A stretch of DNA of 64,000 nt from an uncultured Candidatus Saccharibacteria bacterium (GCA_964505155.1 CAZDGL010000002.1:26064-90063); one strand, 5' to 3'; shown: positions 30,210-40,860, counted from the stretch's first letter. The notes: generated by a model not told the origin, from the sequence alone. Numbers and translations: made by a program.

Positions 30210-30379
30210 AAATTCCTGTATTAGGATTTTGGCAAGAAATACTCAATGCCAAATAGCCTTTAAGACTATATTAATTATAATATCACAAATACTAGATTAT
30301 GTCAAGTAATAATTATCAACAAACAAAACTATTTTCTAACTATTAGATTCCGAAATCCTCCAATGTTTGGATAAAAACC

Positions 30380-32128
30380 TTACTCACTCACCACACGCAA
30401 GACTTCATCTATCGTAGTGTTCCCTTGGATAGCTTGGAAAATACCGTCTTCGATCATGGTCATCATTCCCTCTTTTTTGGCTTGAGCTTCTACTTCATCG
30501 GCTGAACCACCGCGCAGGATTATTTCTTTGATTGTCGCTGAGACTTTGAGCGCTTCGTGAATACCGACACGTCCTTTGTATCCATCTTCTGATTCTTCAC
30601 TTTTTACAGGTTTATAAAAAGGTATTTCTTTCCAAGGAGTACCTGGCTTAATCAGGTTTTCGGCTTCTATAAATACTCGAGCATGATCTAGATCAACAAC
30701 ATCAGAGAGGGCTTTGAGTTCTCCGTCAGAGAGGAAGTATTTTTCTTTGGTAGCAGTCAATCTTCGCACCAAACGCTGAGCGACTATGACCTTGGCAGTT
30801 GAAACGATAAGGAATGGCTCCACTCCCATATCGATAAGTCTAGGAATCGCGCCGGCTGCTGAGTTGGTGTGGATAGTCGAAAGCACCAAGTGGCCAGTAA
30901 GAGCAGCGTTCACGGCAAGAGATGCTGTTTCGCCGTCACGGATCTCTCCCACCATGATGATGTTTGGGTCTTGTCGCAGAAGTGCGCGCAGACCATTGGC
31001 AAAGGTCATACCTATTTCACTTTTTACTTGAGTTTGGTTGATGCGTGGCATTTGATACTCTATCGGATCTTCGACAGTAGAGATGTTGACACTTGGAGTG
31101 TTCAAGATATCGAGCATGGTATAGAGAGTTGTAGTTTTACCAGAGCCAGTTGGTCCTGAAGCAAGCACGATACCTGAGTGTTGTTTCATACCTTCGTGAA
31201 TACGCTCCAGACTCTCTCCGTGAAATCCAAGCCCTTCGAGAGTAAAACCATGGGAGGATTCTCTTAAAATACGAATCACAGTTTTTTCACCAAAGTATGT
31301 CGGTAGTGTTGAGACACGGAAGGACACCGGAGTATCATCTAGGACTATTTTAAATCTTCCGTCTTGTGGAAGGCGCTTTTCGTCGAGTTTGAGATTTGAA
31401 AGCACTTTGATACGAGCAGTGATAGCTGGGGCTGCATCCTTGGGCAAGGTCATAGCGTCGTGCAAGATACCGTCAATACGATAGCGAACAATAAGAGCCT
31501 CTTCTCCAGGCTCAATGTGTATATCAGAAGTGTTTTGCAAGATGGCATGAGAAATCAAAGAGTCTACTATCTTTACCACTGGCAAATCCTCCGCCATTTG
31601 CTTCAAATCTTTTTCAGTGGTTTCGTCGTTTTTTTCATCCACCTTTTGAATGCTACCAACTTCTTTTTGGATTATTGAGTCAAACTCAGCTTGCAAGCTC
31701 TTTTTGTATTGAACCAAAACACTCTTGATAGAGTCACTATCTGTGAGACGTGGCAAGATACGAAGTCCTGTCTTTTTCTTTACGAAATCAATAGCCGGAA
31801 GATTGTCGATATCAAGTATACAAACTTCCAAGTCATTGCCTCTTTTTTTATAAGCAACAATGTTATATTTGCGAGCGATAGGCTCAGGTATCATCTGCAA
31901 GACATCTCTTTCTATCTTTTCTTTTTCAAGACTGAGATATGGTATACCCAAAACATAAGCTTGTAGCTTACGCAATTCTGGCTCTTTTACTTTACCTAGA
32001 GACAATACAAAGTCAGAAAGATTTGTATCCTTTTGTTTTTTTAACTTTTCAAAATTAGTAATATCATCTATTGATATTATTTTTGTATCGATCAAAAGAT
32101 TTTTGAGTTTTTCCTCATCAATAACCAT
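30380..32128 (-). CDS. pilB: Type IV pilus assembly ATPase
   Basis: SDIHIEP, PQDGR, GPTGSGKTT, EDPIEY, LRQDP, GHLVLSTIH. Confidence 0.95.
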   Translation of the reverse strand: MVIDEEKLKNLLIDTKIISIDDITNFEKLKKQKDTNLSDFVLSLGKVKEPELRKLQAYVLGIPYLSLEKEKIERDVLQMIPEPIARKYNIVAYKKRGNDLEVCILDIDNLPAIDFVKKKTGLRILPRLTDSDSIKSVLVQYKKSLQAEFDSIIQKEVGSIQKVDEKNDETTEKDLKQMAEDLPVVKIVDSLISHAILQNTSDIHIEPGEEALIVRYRIDGILHDAMTLPKDAAPAITARIKVLSNLKLDEKRLPQDGRFKIVLDDTPVSFRVSTLPTYFGEKTVIRILRESSHGFTLEGLGFHGESLERIHEGMKQHSGIVLASGPTGSGKTTTLYTMLDILNTPSVNISTVEDPIEYQMPRINQTQVKSEIGMTFANGLRALLRQDPNIIMVGEIRDGETASLAVNAALTGHLVLSTIHTNSAAGAIPRLIDMGVEPFLIVSTAKVIVAQRLVRRLTATKEKYFLSDGELKALSDVVDLDHARVFIEAENLIKPGTPWKEIPFYKPVKSEESEDGYKGRVGIHEALKVSATIKEIILRGGSADEVEAQAKKEGMMTMIEDGIFQAIQGNTTIDEVLRVVSE

Positions 32129-32191
32129 ATGTGCTTTTATTGTAACATGACCAAAAACAAAAACCCGCACCTCTGGGGTGCGGGTTTTTGT

Positions 32192-33412
32192 TTAAAATTC
32201 TATGAACAAGAACTTTCTTCTAAGAGAAACTGTTGCTTGATCTGAGGCCGAACTAGATCCATCAGTACAAGAAACTGTATAGGTTGTGTTCACTGTTGGT
32301 GAAACTGGAGTTGAGCCAGAAATAAGTCCACCTGTTGAAAATCCTATACCTGAACAAGAAGTCGCATTGTTAGATGACCAAGAAAGTGTTGATGACTCAC
32401 CCAAAGCTATTCTCTCTGGATTTGCTGTCAAAACAGCAGCCACCTCCGAACCTGTATCTTGTAAGACTTGCACTGTCTCTGAATCACTAGCACTACCATT
32501 TACTCCGGTACAAGATAGAGTAAAGGTTGTATTTGCGTAGAGATTGCCTGTTGATTCATGAGGATAAGAGCTACTTGTTGATCTACTGCCTGTCCAAGAA
32601 GCGCTTGCAGGGCTGGCACTAGCAGTACAAGAAGAGACGTTAGCTGAAGTCCAAGAAAGTGTTGACGAATTACCACTGAAAACACTTGAAGGAGAGACAT
32701 TTAGAGAAACAGACGGCGTAACCACGGTTGTTTGACAAACAGATCCGTTCCAAGAAGAGCCACTAGCACAACTAGTAGTAGCAGTATCTTGGTCGAGCAA
32801 AACGCTATTGTGATAAAGATAAAAGTCAGTATTTCCATATCCAAGCGTTACTGACTGAGAGCCACTAGAGAGCGGACTTGGAGTAAATGAGCTAGGTACT
32901 CCGGTACTACGAGTGATGCTTGTTGGGTTTATTGTGAGATTTGAAGTAGTCCAAGCAACAGAGCCGTTACAACTAGATGCTCCAGAACTTATAGTACAAC
33001 TTGTAGCTGAAAGAGATCCGGAAGGAACAGGAGCACTACTTACAACAACAAGTACTGAGTCTGTAGCATCAGACGAACCTGCTTTTGAACAAGTTATTTC
33101 AAAAACATAGTTACCAGCTACAAGTCCTGATACTATCTCAGAGCTACCACTAGCACTTTTTGCTCCTGACCAGTCAAGACTAGCAACACATGAATCTGGC
33201 GAACCACTAGTAGTCCAAGACAGGGTTGTTGTATTTGTCGGTAGTGTCATAGAAGAAGGAGAAGCTGTTATGTCTACACCGATAACTATAGGTGAACTCG
33301 ATGCCACAGTATAAGTCTCTGAGTGAGTATAGTATGTCCAGGCAGCCGAGCTTACAGACGGTATTGATACTGTTAGCAAACTTACAAATATTAGGGAAAT
33401 TATTTTTTTCAT
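32192..33412 (-). CDS. Secreted Ser/Thr-rich surface protein with repeated Ig-like modules
   Basis: Signal peptide; repeats of STLSW.S.N..SC...W and TxYTxSC. Confidence 0.8.
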   Translation of the reverse strand: MKKIISLIFVSLLTVSIPSVSSAAWTYYTHSETYTVASSSPIVIGVDITASPSSMTLPTNTTTLSWTTSGSPDSCVASLDWSGAKSASGSSEIVSGLVAGNYVFEITCSKAGSSDATDSVLVVVSSAPVPSGSLSATSCTISSGASSCNGSVAWTTSNLTINPTSITRSTGVPSSFTPSPLSSGSQSVTLGYGNTDFYLYHNSVLLDQDTATTSCASGSSWNGSVCQTTVVTPSVSLNVSPSSVFSGNSSTLSWTSANVSSCTASASPASASWTGSRSTSSSYPHESTGNLYANTTFTLSCTGVNGSASDSETVQVLQDTGSEVAAVLTANPERIALGESSTLSWSSNNATSCSGIGFSTGGLISGSTPVSPTVNTTYTVSCTDGSSSASDQATVSLRRKFLFIEF

Positions 33413-33441
33413 AAACTTTAATAAATACTTAATAATTACTA

Positions 33442-35409
33442 CTAAAAGTTCTCAACTATATCTTGTGGACAAGTCCAACCATCGCATGCAACTGCTGAAC
33501 AATAGCCTCCTATATCGTGATCAATTTTACTAACTTCTAAATCGACCTCAAGTTGCCCTGGTAAAAACCTAGCTGTAAATTCTGACGTCTGTGGGACATC
33601 CTCATTGTCTGTTCTTATACGGAATGTAAAGTCTACTGAAGTGACCCCTCTAGCAGTGGCACTTGCTTCTGTAGCAACATCTCTTATTGCCTTAAGATAA
33701 CCAGTTTCACCAGAATAAGGATCGGGCATGATATTACAAATACCCATAATAGCTGCTAGATTAGTTTCATTGCCATAATTTTGAACAATAGCCGCATCAT
33801 TGTCTACCCCGGCAGTAAAATCTACATTATAGTTACCAGCAATAGGTTGGCCGTTTTGTGTCGGAACACTAACTTGAAAATCTCTCTGATCCCCCATAAA
33901 AGATGGTTGTGAAGGTCCTAGAGCAACTACGGTAGGGAAAATATCTTTTGAAATATTACCAATTGTGATAGCACTCAAGCTAACATCTCTAGTTAGAGAA
34001 GAAGCCGTATCCATATAGCCATCTACTAACAAAGTATCTCCTTGATTAAAAACAGTACTGCCTGGATTTAATGGATTAGAAATATTTACTATAACTCTTA
34101 TATCATTTTGAGCACCTATCCAGTAGGTCGCAGCCTGCGCTTTTGCACTAGGCAAGAAAGCTAAGACCAAAAACACTGCTATCCCTCCTATGGTAGTTAC
34201 TTTTTTTCTTTTCATAATGATTCCTATAGTTGCTATTATTATCAAAAGCAAGACTAGTAAGATAGCACCCTTCTTGCCAGAGAATATTCCAGAGTCTTTT
34301 GAAACTGATGTAGTCGGGATAGAAACATATCTCTCCACTATAGTTTCCCCGTCGACATCCTTGAGAGTAAGCGCTATCTTTGGATCATAACAATTCTTTT
34401 TTATAGAAACCAAAACACTTTGGTTAAAAACTGGCTTTTCAAAACTAGAAGATCCACAAACCACCCCTCTACCAGAAGAGATTTTGACTTCCATCGAAGC
34501 TACCTCTTTGGCATTTGATGTCCACAAAGTAGTGATATTTGCCACTTCGTTTTTCATATAAACATCTTTATCAGAAGAAATGTTGAAAATATTGGCGCTA
34601 AATCCGTAAGTGTTATAACTGATGATTATCTCATTTGTATTATTTGTGCCGTCAAAAAAAGATAGCTTGGTTTTGTAAACACCTGCATTTTGTGCAGTTG
34701 GTATCTTTAGAGAAAAAGCTTTTTTCTCTAAAGGCTTTAGGTTTACAGTATCAGAGATACTACTTACCTCTACAATATCTCCATATATACTTTGCGCTCG
34801 TGTTTCAAGATTTGGAGAAAGTGACAAGTCTTTTATACTAGGATTTGTTATAGAACAATCCAAAGTCAAACTCTGCCCAGCAAAAACTACAGGAGAGGCG
34901 CTTATAGCGTATTTCTTTTTCTCTCCCTTGCCTTCAACCAAAAGCGAACAAGTACTACTATCTAAAAACAGAGACTTTTGACTAGAGACAAGCTTGATAT
35001 CTCCCAGAGAATAATACCCGAGCATCAAACCAGAAGTATTTCCAACAAATAGATAAAGTGAATAATCTCCAGAGAGAGTCTTGGGTGCTTCATAAACTAT
35101 TGTTTTTCTGGTGGTGGAGTTTTCAAGTAGAGTTAAGTTTTCATCATAGACCTTTTCTTCCAAGATAGTGTTGGGTTTACCTTTGGGTGAGAGTCTGACA
35201 CTGTAGTAGACATTGTTCTGCGCACTCTTACCGTTTGTAAGCACAAAAGATATGTTGAATACTGAACCGACCTGGTCAACTATTTTTGCGCCGGAGATGT
35301 TAACATCGGCAACCATTGTTACGTTTGAAGTATTTTGCGCATTGGCAATATTTGCTAAGACAAAAAATAATAAAAGAGTGATTATAGAAAAATATTTGTT
35401 TAGTTTCAT
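33442..35409 (-). CDS. Large membrane-anchored surface protein with internal second signal-like segment
   Basis: N-terminal signal, TM near residue 385, then KRKK-hydrophobic-AQA, Cys-containing C-terminus. Confidence 0.75.
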   Translation of the reverse strand: MKLNKYFSIITLLLFFVLANIANAQNTSNVTMVADVNISGAKIVDQVGSVFNISFVLTNGKSAQNNVYYSVRLSPKGKPNTILEEKVYDENLTLLENSTTRKTIVYEAPKTLSGDYSLYLFVGNTSGLMLGYYSLGDIKLVSSQKSLFLDSSTCSLLVEGKGEKKKYAISASPVVFAGQSLTLDCSITNPSIKDLSLSPNLETRAQSIYGDIVEVSSISDTVNLKPLEKKAFSLKIPTAQNAGVYKTKLSFFDGTNNTNEIIISYNTYGFSANIFNISSDKDVYMKNEVANITTLWTSNAKEVASMEVKISSGRGVVCGSSSFEKPVFNQSVLVSIKKNCYDPKIALTLKDVDGETIVERYVSIPTTSVSKDSGIFSGKKGAILLVLLLIIIATIGIIMKRKKVTTIGGIAVFLVLAFLPSAKAQAATYWIGAQNDIRVIVNISNPLNPGSTVFNQGDTLLVDGYMDTASSLTRDVSLSAITIGNISKDIFPTVVALGPSQPSFMGDQRDFQVSVPTQNGQPIAGNYNVDFTAGVDNDAAIVQNYGNETNLAAIMGICNIMPDPYSGETGYLKAIRDVATEASATARGVTSVDFTFRIRTDNEDVPQTSEFTARFLPGQLEVDLEVSKIDHDIGGYCSAVACDGWTCPQDIVENF

Positions 35410-35506
35410 TTTGAATAAAAGTACTTAACTTGTACAGATATAAGTATAACAATATAAACAATAAAAAAATACCCTCCTGTGCGATGCACAAAGAGGGTAC
35501 ATTGAT

Positions 35507-36142
35507 TTAATGCCTGTAGCTTGTGACAACTAACTCGTTGTCTGCGTTAATCCTGGAAAGGACTAAGTCTGTTTCGGTAAGTGTTACCACATTCCAGGTC
35601 TTTGCTGAGAAAGTCAGAAGCATATTTCCTTCGTCAAAGTTAAACGGAGATGGTACTCCGTCAACACCTCCGACCGGTGTTACAACTGATTTTAAATCAG
35701 TTCTAAATGTTACACCATACAGCCAGGCGGATGGGATTCCGTTACCAATATTAATAGTGGTACCGTTCCATTTTCCGTTTTTAGACAGAAGTGAAAACTT
35801 CTGAGACCAGCAGTCAGCCACTACAGTAGTTTCTGCAGTTTGGCCAGAGCCTGAGGCACTAAGCTTAACAGGTGTTTGACCAGTTACACTGGAAACAGTA
35901 TAGCTACCGCCGGTAACAATGCCTGGATTGGCAGTTATTGTAGCCGGCAAATTGGTAGTTACAGACCCAGAAGCTGGATCACCGAACCACACCTTTGTTG
36001 GCGCAGTTGCAGAAATCTGTAACTTAGTTGCCGGTGGTGGAGGTGGTTCAGGTGGAGGTGTTGGAGAAGAACTCCTTCCGCAAGATACAATAAGGATGGC
36101 AAATACGCTCACCATCCCCAAGGCGTTTTTTAAATTTTTCAT
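35507..36142 (-). CDS. Putative lipoprotein (orphan cassette)
   Basis: Lipobox-like IVSC, Pro-rich linker; TTGACA promoter near 36240; hairpin ~35470-35500. Confidence 0.75.
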   Translation of the reverse strand: MKNLKNALGMVSVFAILIVSCGRSSSPTPPPEPPPPPATKLQISATAPTKVWFGDPASGSVTTNLPATITANPGIVTGGSYTVSSVTGQTPVKLSASGSGQTAETTVVADCWSQKFSLLSKNGKWNGTTINIGNGIPSAWLYGVTFRTDLKSVVTPVGGVDGVPSPFNFDEGNMLLTFSAKTWNVVTLTETDLVLSRINADNELVVTSYRH

Positions 36143-36316
36143 TTTAAAAAATTAAAAGGATGAGGGCAATATCGCCAAAAAATCAATTTGAATGTACTCT
36201 CGTACGTTTGAGCATATTATATACCCAAAAGGGGTGTTTTGTCAATGTAAATACCCCAAAATGGGGATAATATGTGGATATTTGCCTATACAATATATAT
36301 ATGCTATATTCCCTAG

Positions 36317-36400
36317 TAGTAAATGTCCGGCCCAAAAAGCTCGGACATTTCTGTTAAAAAGCGATAAAAACCCTTACAAACGTGCCCCGCAATAGCGGGG
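36317..36400 (+). promoter_or_regulatory. Structured nusA 5' leader (possible autoregulatory attenuator)
   Basis: Hairpins aaatgtccg...cggacattt and ccccgc-aata-gcgggg upstream of nusA. Confidence 0.45.
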
Positions 36401-36419
36401 AAAATAAAAATACAAATAT

Positions 36420-37631
36420 ATGTTAGATATAAAAGCCCTAAAAATAGCTATAGAACAGCTCGAAAATGAGCGTCGCATCGGTCGCGATAAGCTCGTTGAT
36501 GCTATCGAGCAATCTCTGGCTGCTGCTTACAAAAAAGAATACGGCAAAAAAGGCCAAGTAGTGCGTGCCCACATCGATCTCGATGCTGGTAGTGTTTCCT
36601 TTGACCAAGTCAAAACCGTTGTAGACGATACTTTGGTGTACTTTGAAGACGAGGTGGACACTCTTTCAGAAACAGACGAAAGAGAATCCTACAACGAAGA
36701 AAAGCATATTCTCCTAGAAGACGCCAAGATTATGAGAAGTGGTGCGCAGGTAGGAGATGAGATAATCTTCAACCTAGAACCAAAGGATGACTTTGGACGC
36801 ATCGCCGCTCAAACTGCCAAACAGGTTATTATTCAACGTATCCGAGAAGCGGAACGTGGCTCTATCATGGAAGAGTTTGGTGGCAAGGAAGGCGACATAG
36901 TCTCAGGACATATTCAAAAAGTAGACAAGGGTACTGTTTTTATCGACTTTAACAGAGCTACAGGTATAATCCCGCCAGCAGAGCAAATCCCGGGAGAGCG
37001 TTATGCTCGTGGAGCTCGTGTACGTGGTTATCTATACCATGTCGAAGAATCTCCTCGCGGTATCAACCTTCGCATCTCTCGCACTCATCCCAAGTTTATG
37101 GAAAAGCTCTTCGCGCAAGAGTCTCCAGAGATAGCTACCGGTGTTGTAGAGATCAAATCCATAGCTCGAGAGCCAGGCGCAAGAAGCAAAATGGCTGTCT
37201 ATACTGCCGATCCAAACATCGATCCAGTAGGATCATGTGTTGGTCAGCGTGGTGTCAGAGTCTCGACTGTTATGAATGAGCTTGGTGGCGAAAAGATAGA
37301 CATCATCGAATGGTCAGAAGATCCAAACGAATTTGTTCGCAAGGCTCTCTCTCCAGCAAAAGTCTTGGATGTAGTGCTCGACGAAGCTGAGCACAAAGCT
37401 CTGATAGAAGTCACCCCAGACCAACTCTCGCTCGCTATCGGAAAAGGTGGTCAAAACGTTCGCCTTGCAGCTAAGCTCACTGGGTGGAAGATAGATATCA
37501 AAGGCGCAGAAGTTCCAGAAACTGAAAGCCAAGAAAGTGCTGAAGGTGAAGACTTCAAACCACTAACTGAACTAACTACTGAGCCTCAAGCGCAAGAAAC
37601 TACAGAAGCAACTCAAGAAGAGACTGAATAA
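36420..37631 (+). CDS. nusA: Transcription termination factor NusA
   Basis: FGRIAAQTAKQV, AREPGARSK, GSCVGQRG, AIGKGGQNVRLA. Confidence 0.98.
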   Translation: MLDIKALKIAIEQLENERRIGRDKLVDAIEQSLAAAYKKEYGKKGQVVRAHIDLDAGSVSFDQVKTVVDDTLVYFEDEVDTLSETDERESYNEEKHILLEDAKIMRSGAQVGDEIIFNLEPKDDFGRIAAQTAKQVIIQRIREAERGSIMEEFGGKEGDIVSGHIQKVDKGTVFIDFNRATGIIPPAEQIPGERYARGARVRGYLYHVEESPRGINLRISRTHPKFMEKLFAQESPEIATGVVEIKSIAREPGARSKMAVYTADPNIDPVGSCVGQRGVRVSTVMNELGGEKIDIIEWSEDPNEFVRKALSPAKVLDVVLDEAEHKALIEVTPDQLSLAIGKGGQNVRLAAKLTGWKIDIKGAEVPETESQESAEGEDFKPLTELTTEPQAQETTEATQEETE

Positions 37632-37656
37632 TTTATCAACTTAAAATACAAAAACT

Positions 37657-38208
37657 ATGATGAACCTTTGGCACGATATTACTTTAGGCAAAAATCCAAC
37701 AGAATCTTTTAACTGTATTGTAGAAATACCAAAAGGTTCTCACAACAAATACGAGATAGATAAAGAGACAGGTTTGATAGCTCTCGATAGAGCCAACTAT
37801 AATTCTGCGCCTTATCCATTTGACTACGCTTTTGCTCCACAAACTCTCTGGGAAGACGGAGATGCACTAGATGTAGTTATCATAACTACATATCCGCTAA
37901 ATGTCGGTGTGATGGTCAATGTTAGACCGATAGCAATCATGAATATGGTTGATTCTGGAGAAAGTGATGACAAGATCATAGCTGTTCCAACAAATGATAG
38001 ACGTTTTGAACATATCCATGATTTAGCTGATCTCAACAAACACCTTCTCAAAGAATTCACTCACTTTTTTGAAACTTACAAAAATCTCAAAAGTGACGAC
38101 GGGCACATCGCTCATCCTGTAAAGATAAATGGTATTGAAGGCAAAGAAAAAGCAGTCGAAGCCATCAAAAAATCTATCGAACTCTACAAAGCAAAGTTTC
38201 AAAAGTAA
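37657..38208 (+). CDS. ppa: Inorganic pyrophosphatase (family I)
   Basis: VEIPKGS.NKYE, DGDALDV, DDKIIAV. Confidence 0.96.
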   Translation: MMNLWHDITLGKNPTESFNCIVEIPKGSHNKYEIDKETGLIALDRANYNSAPYPFDYAFAPQTLWEDGDALDVVIITTYPLNVGVMVNVRPIAIMNMVDSGESDDKIIAVPTNDRRFEHIHDLADLNKHLLKEFTHFFETYKNLKSDDGHIAHPVKINGIEGKEKAVEAIKKSIELYKAKFQK

Positions 38209-38250
38209 TCTCAAAAAGAAATGCCTCCCATACGGGAGGCGTTTTTTTAA

Positions 38251-38511
38251 TTAATGACCACTGATATCAACAATGTCTTTGTCCAGGGCACGAGCAATGA
38301 GCAGGCAAAGGCACGAGAAAATAAGTGGTGCAACAAACCCAAAATAACTCATATCAGGGTCACCGAAGGATATGCTTCCAAAGACAAAGGATGCTACCGA
38401 TGCAAATATCCTGACAACAACAAACATAACAGCGACGATTATCAAAGCTTTTGAACTTTTCAAGAAAAAAAGAGCAAATTTAGCTTTCAAGGCTATAAAT
38501 TTTATTTTCAT
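38251..38511 (-). CDS. Small two-TM membrane protein (orphan cassette)
   Basis: Hydrophobic ORF after TTGACT-16-TATAGT. Confidence 0.6.
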   Translation of the reverse strand: MKIKFIALKAKFALFFLKSSKALIIVAVMFVVVRIFASVASFVFGSISFGDPDMSYFGFVAPLIFSCLCLLIARALDKDIVDISGH

Positions 38512-38583
38512 ATATTGATTTTTCAATCACTATACCGTAATAAACGCTCTAGTCAATCGTCAAAAAATGTGTATAATAAGCAT

Positions 38584-39072
38584 ATGATAAAAAAGATTCT
38601 AATCCTTAGTTTTATAGCTATTTTGGCACTAAGTGCTCCTGTATCTGCGCAGATTGCTAGCCAAGCCCCTACTACTCCAAAAGAGGTAAAGGCTGAACCC
38701 CTAACCAAAAAACAAAAAATAGAGGCTGATTTGCGCTCTACTTCAAACAAGCTAAAAGTTGCCATCAACAAAACTCAAAAGCTTCTAGACCTTTTGAACA
38801 AAAATGACAAAGACACATCTTTGGCCCAAGAATCTCTCGACTCTGCCAATACTTCTTTAGAAGAGGCCAGTGAAGCCATCGACCAATACGCGGGTATTTT
38901 ACCTGAAATAAATCCAAGCGAAAAAGCTGACAAAAAATCAAAAGAAGTGGTCCTTATCAAAGAGCCTCTCAAAAAAGCTCAAGAATCTCTCAAGAGCGCT
39001 AAGGCTTCTTTGATAGAGAGCATCAAAATATTAAAAGAAGGTCTTGCTCCAAAAGAGGGCTCTGAAGAATAA
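38584..39072 (+). CDS. Secreted coiled-coil protein
   Basis: Signal peptide MIKKILILSFIAILALSAPVSA; helical repeats; TATAAT shortly upstream. Confidence 0.8.
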   Translation: MIKKILILSFIAILALSAPVSAQIASQAPTTPKEVKAEPLTKKQKIEADLRSTSNKLKVAINKTQKLLDLLNKNDKDTSLAQESLDSANTSLEEASEAIDQYAGILPEINPSEKADKKSKEVVLIKEPLKKAQESLKSAKASLIESIKILKEGLAPKEGSEE

Positions 39073-39074
39073 AA

Positions 39075-39275
39075 ATGGAAGAGCCACGCAAAAGTCCATG
39101 GGCGATTGTAATCATACTGTTGGTTATAATCACTTGTGGACTTTTTTGGTTTAGCCAAAAACCAGAACAAATAACTCCTGTAAATATAACCAAACCCTCT
39201 TTTAGTGACAATGCGCAAGCACTAGAAGCTTCTGTAGAAGGTATCATTATCCCCGACTATTCTGAGGAGATGTAA
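39075..39275 (+). CDS. Small single-TM protein
   Basis: 66 aa, one TM, 2 nt after the upstream stop. Confidence 0.7.
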   Translation: MEEPRKSPWAIVIILLVIITCGLFWFSQKPEQITPVNITKPSFSDNAQALEASVEGIIIPDYSEEM

Positions 39276-39316
39276 CTTTTGGCATCAAAAGCATAGTGTG
39301 TTAGACTGCGCTAACT

Positions 39317-40357
39317 ATGATCAAAAATATCGACAATTTGGAAATAAAAAGCCTAGAAAATGGGCAGGTAGAGATAAAGGCAGAAATCGCTTGGGAAGCT
39401 TTTTCTAGCTTTGAAAAAAAAGCCTTAGAGAGACTTTTGCCACATGTAGAAGTACAAGGTTTTAGAAAAGGTAACGTTCCAGAAGCTATAGCCAAAAAAC
39501 AGCTCGGTGAAGAACTCATCCTCTCTGATATGGCAGAGCTCATTATCCAAGAATTTTATCCTCAAATCCTAGAGGAAAAAAAGATAGATGCTATCGGCCG
39601 TCCTAATGTCCTTATCACTAAACTAGCTAGAGAAAATGCTTTGGGCTTTACTATCACTACAGAAGTTTTACCAGAAATAGCACTACCCAACTACAAAAAG
39701 ATTGCCAAAGATGCGCCCAAGGTAGATGAAGTTTCAGTCTCTGAAGAAGAGATAGACAAAGTCATAGAAGACCTACGCCAAATGCGTGCTTATGGTCACG
39801 TCCATCACCACGAAGACCACGGACACTCACACGAAGAGCCTCTTCCAGAAGTAAACGATGAATTTGCCAAAAGCTTTGGTGCCTTTGAGAGTGTCGCTGA
39901 TCTTCGAAACAAAATCAAAGAAAACACTTTGAAAGAAAAAGAGCAAAATGAAAAAGACAAACGTCGCATCGCTATCATGGATGGCATTATCGCCGAGGCT
40001 AAGTTTATAGTTCCATCTATCATCTTAAAATCTGAACAAGAAAAAATGCTTGCTCAAATAGAGGCCGATGTATCTAGAAGTGGCATGGAGTTTGAAGAAT
40101 ACCTAAAACACACCAGTAAAACTCGCGAAGGTATCATGGAAGAGTTTAAAGGTGAAGCTGAGCGTCGTGCTAGATTTCAAATGTGCATCAATGCTATCGC
40201 CAAAGATATGGCTCTCAAAGTAACTGATGAAGAAGTAAATGCGGAAGCGCAAAAGCTTATGCAGATGTACCCTGGTGCCGACCTCGCCCGCACTACTGCC
40301 TACGCTGATATGCTACTGACAAATGAAAAAACCCTTTCGACACTAGAGAGTTTATAA
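39317..40357 (+). CDS. tig: Trigger factor lacking the FKBP PPIase domain
   Basis: GFRKGNVP ribosome-binding motif, LPEVNDEFAK; only 346 aa with His-rich linker. Confidence 0.92.
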   Translation: MIKNIDNLEIKSLENGQVEIKAEIAWEAFSSFEKKALERLLPHVEVQGFRKGNVPEAIAKKQLGEELILSDMAELIIQEFYPQILEEKKIDAIGRPNVLITKLARENALGFTITTEVLPEIALPNYKKIAKDAPKVDEVSVSEEEIDKVIEDLRQMRAYGHVHHHEDHGHSHEEPLPEVNDEFAKSFGAFESVADLRNKIKENTLKEKEQNEKDKRRIAIMDGIIAEAKFIVPSIILKSEQEKMLAQIEADVSRSGMEFEEYLKHTSKTREGIMEEFKGEAERRARFQMCINAIAKDMALKVTDEEVNAEAQKLMQMYPGADLARTTAYADMLLTNEKTLSTLESL

Positions 40358-40405
40358 AAAGAAAAGCCTTTACGAAAATTTGTAAAGGCTTTCTGTTTGA
40401 TCTTG

Positions 40406-40648
40406 TTAGCACTTCGTCATTGAACACTCTTCAGCTCCAAATACAATCTCAAGAATTGTTTTATCTTCAATTATTTTTGCTGCTTTTTCTTTATGATCTC
40501 TTCTAAGGGCAGAGATAATATCGTCCTTTTGTGCAACAAACTTGCCCTTAACGTTCCTGGACCAAACCTTGAGATTTTTGAAAGCTTTTTTAAGAACAGT
40601 GTCTTTTTGTATTTCAGGAGGAAATGCTTTGATTTCTATAAGTATCAT
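40406..40648 (-). CDS. Small hypothetical protein inserted between tig and clpP
   Basis: 80-aa ORF, TTGACT-16-TATATT promoter, shares hairpin ~40361-40394. Confidence 0.68.
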   Translation of the reverse strand: MILIEIKAFPPEIQKDTVLKKAFKNLKVWSRNVKGKFVAQKDDIISALRRDHKEKAAKIIEDKTILEIVFGAEECSMTKC

Positions 40649-40860
40649 ATTTAACTATTTTACTTAATATACAACTTATACGATTTTAGTCAACTCAGTA
40701 ATAGATCTTGTTTGCAAAACTCCCTACTGGGTCAAATCATTTTTGCTTTTCGGGCAAAATACCGTTATAGTAGATACATTCTGAACTACTGTTTTCTGCC
40801 TAGTCTGCACCCTGGTCCTTCTTTATAAATTTACAAACTTTATAACTTTAAACTAACTCT

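Noticed and set aside
29574-30387. 10-bp inverted match gtgagtaagg / ccttactcac around the pilB-pilC insert
   Set aside because: Too short to distinguish from chance.
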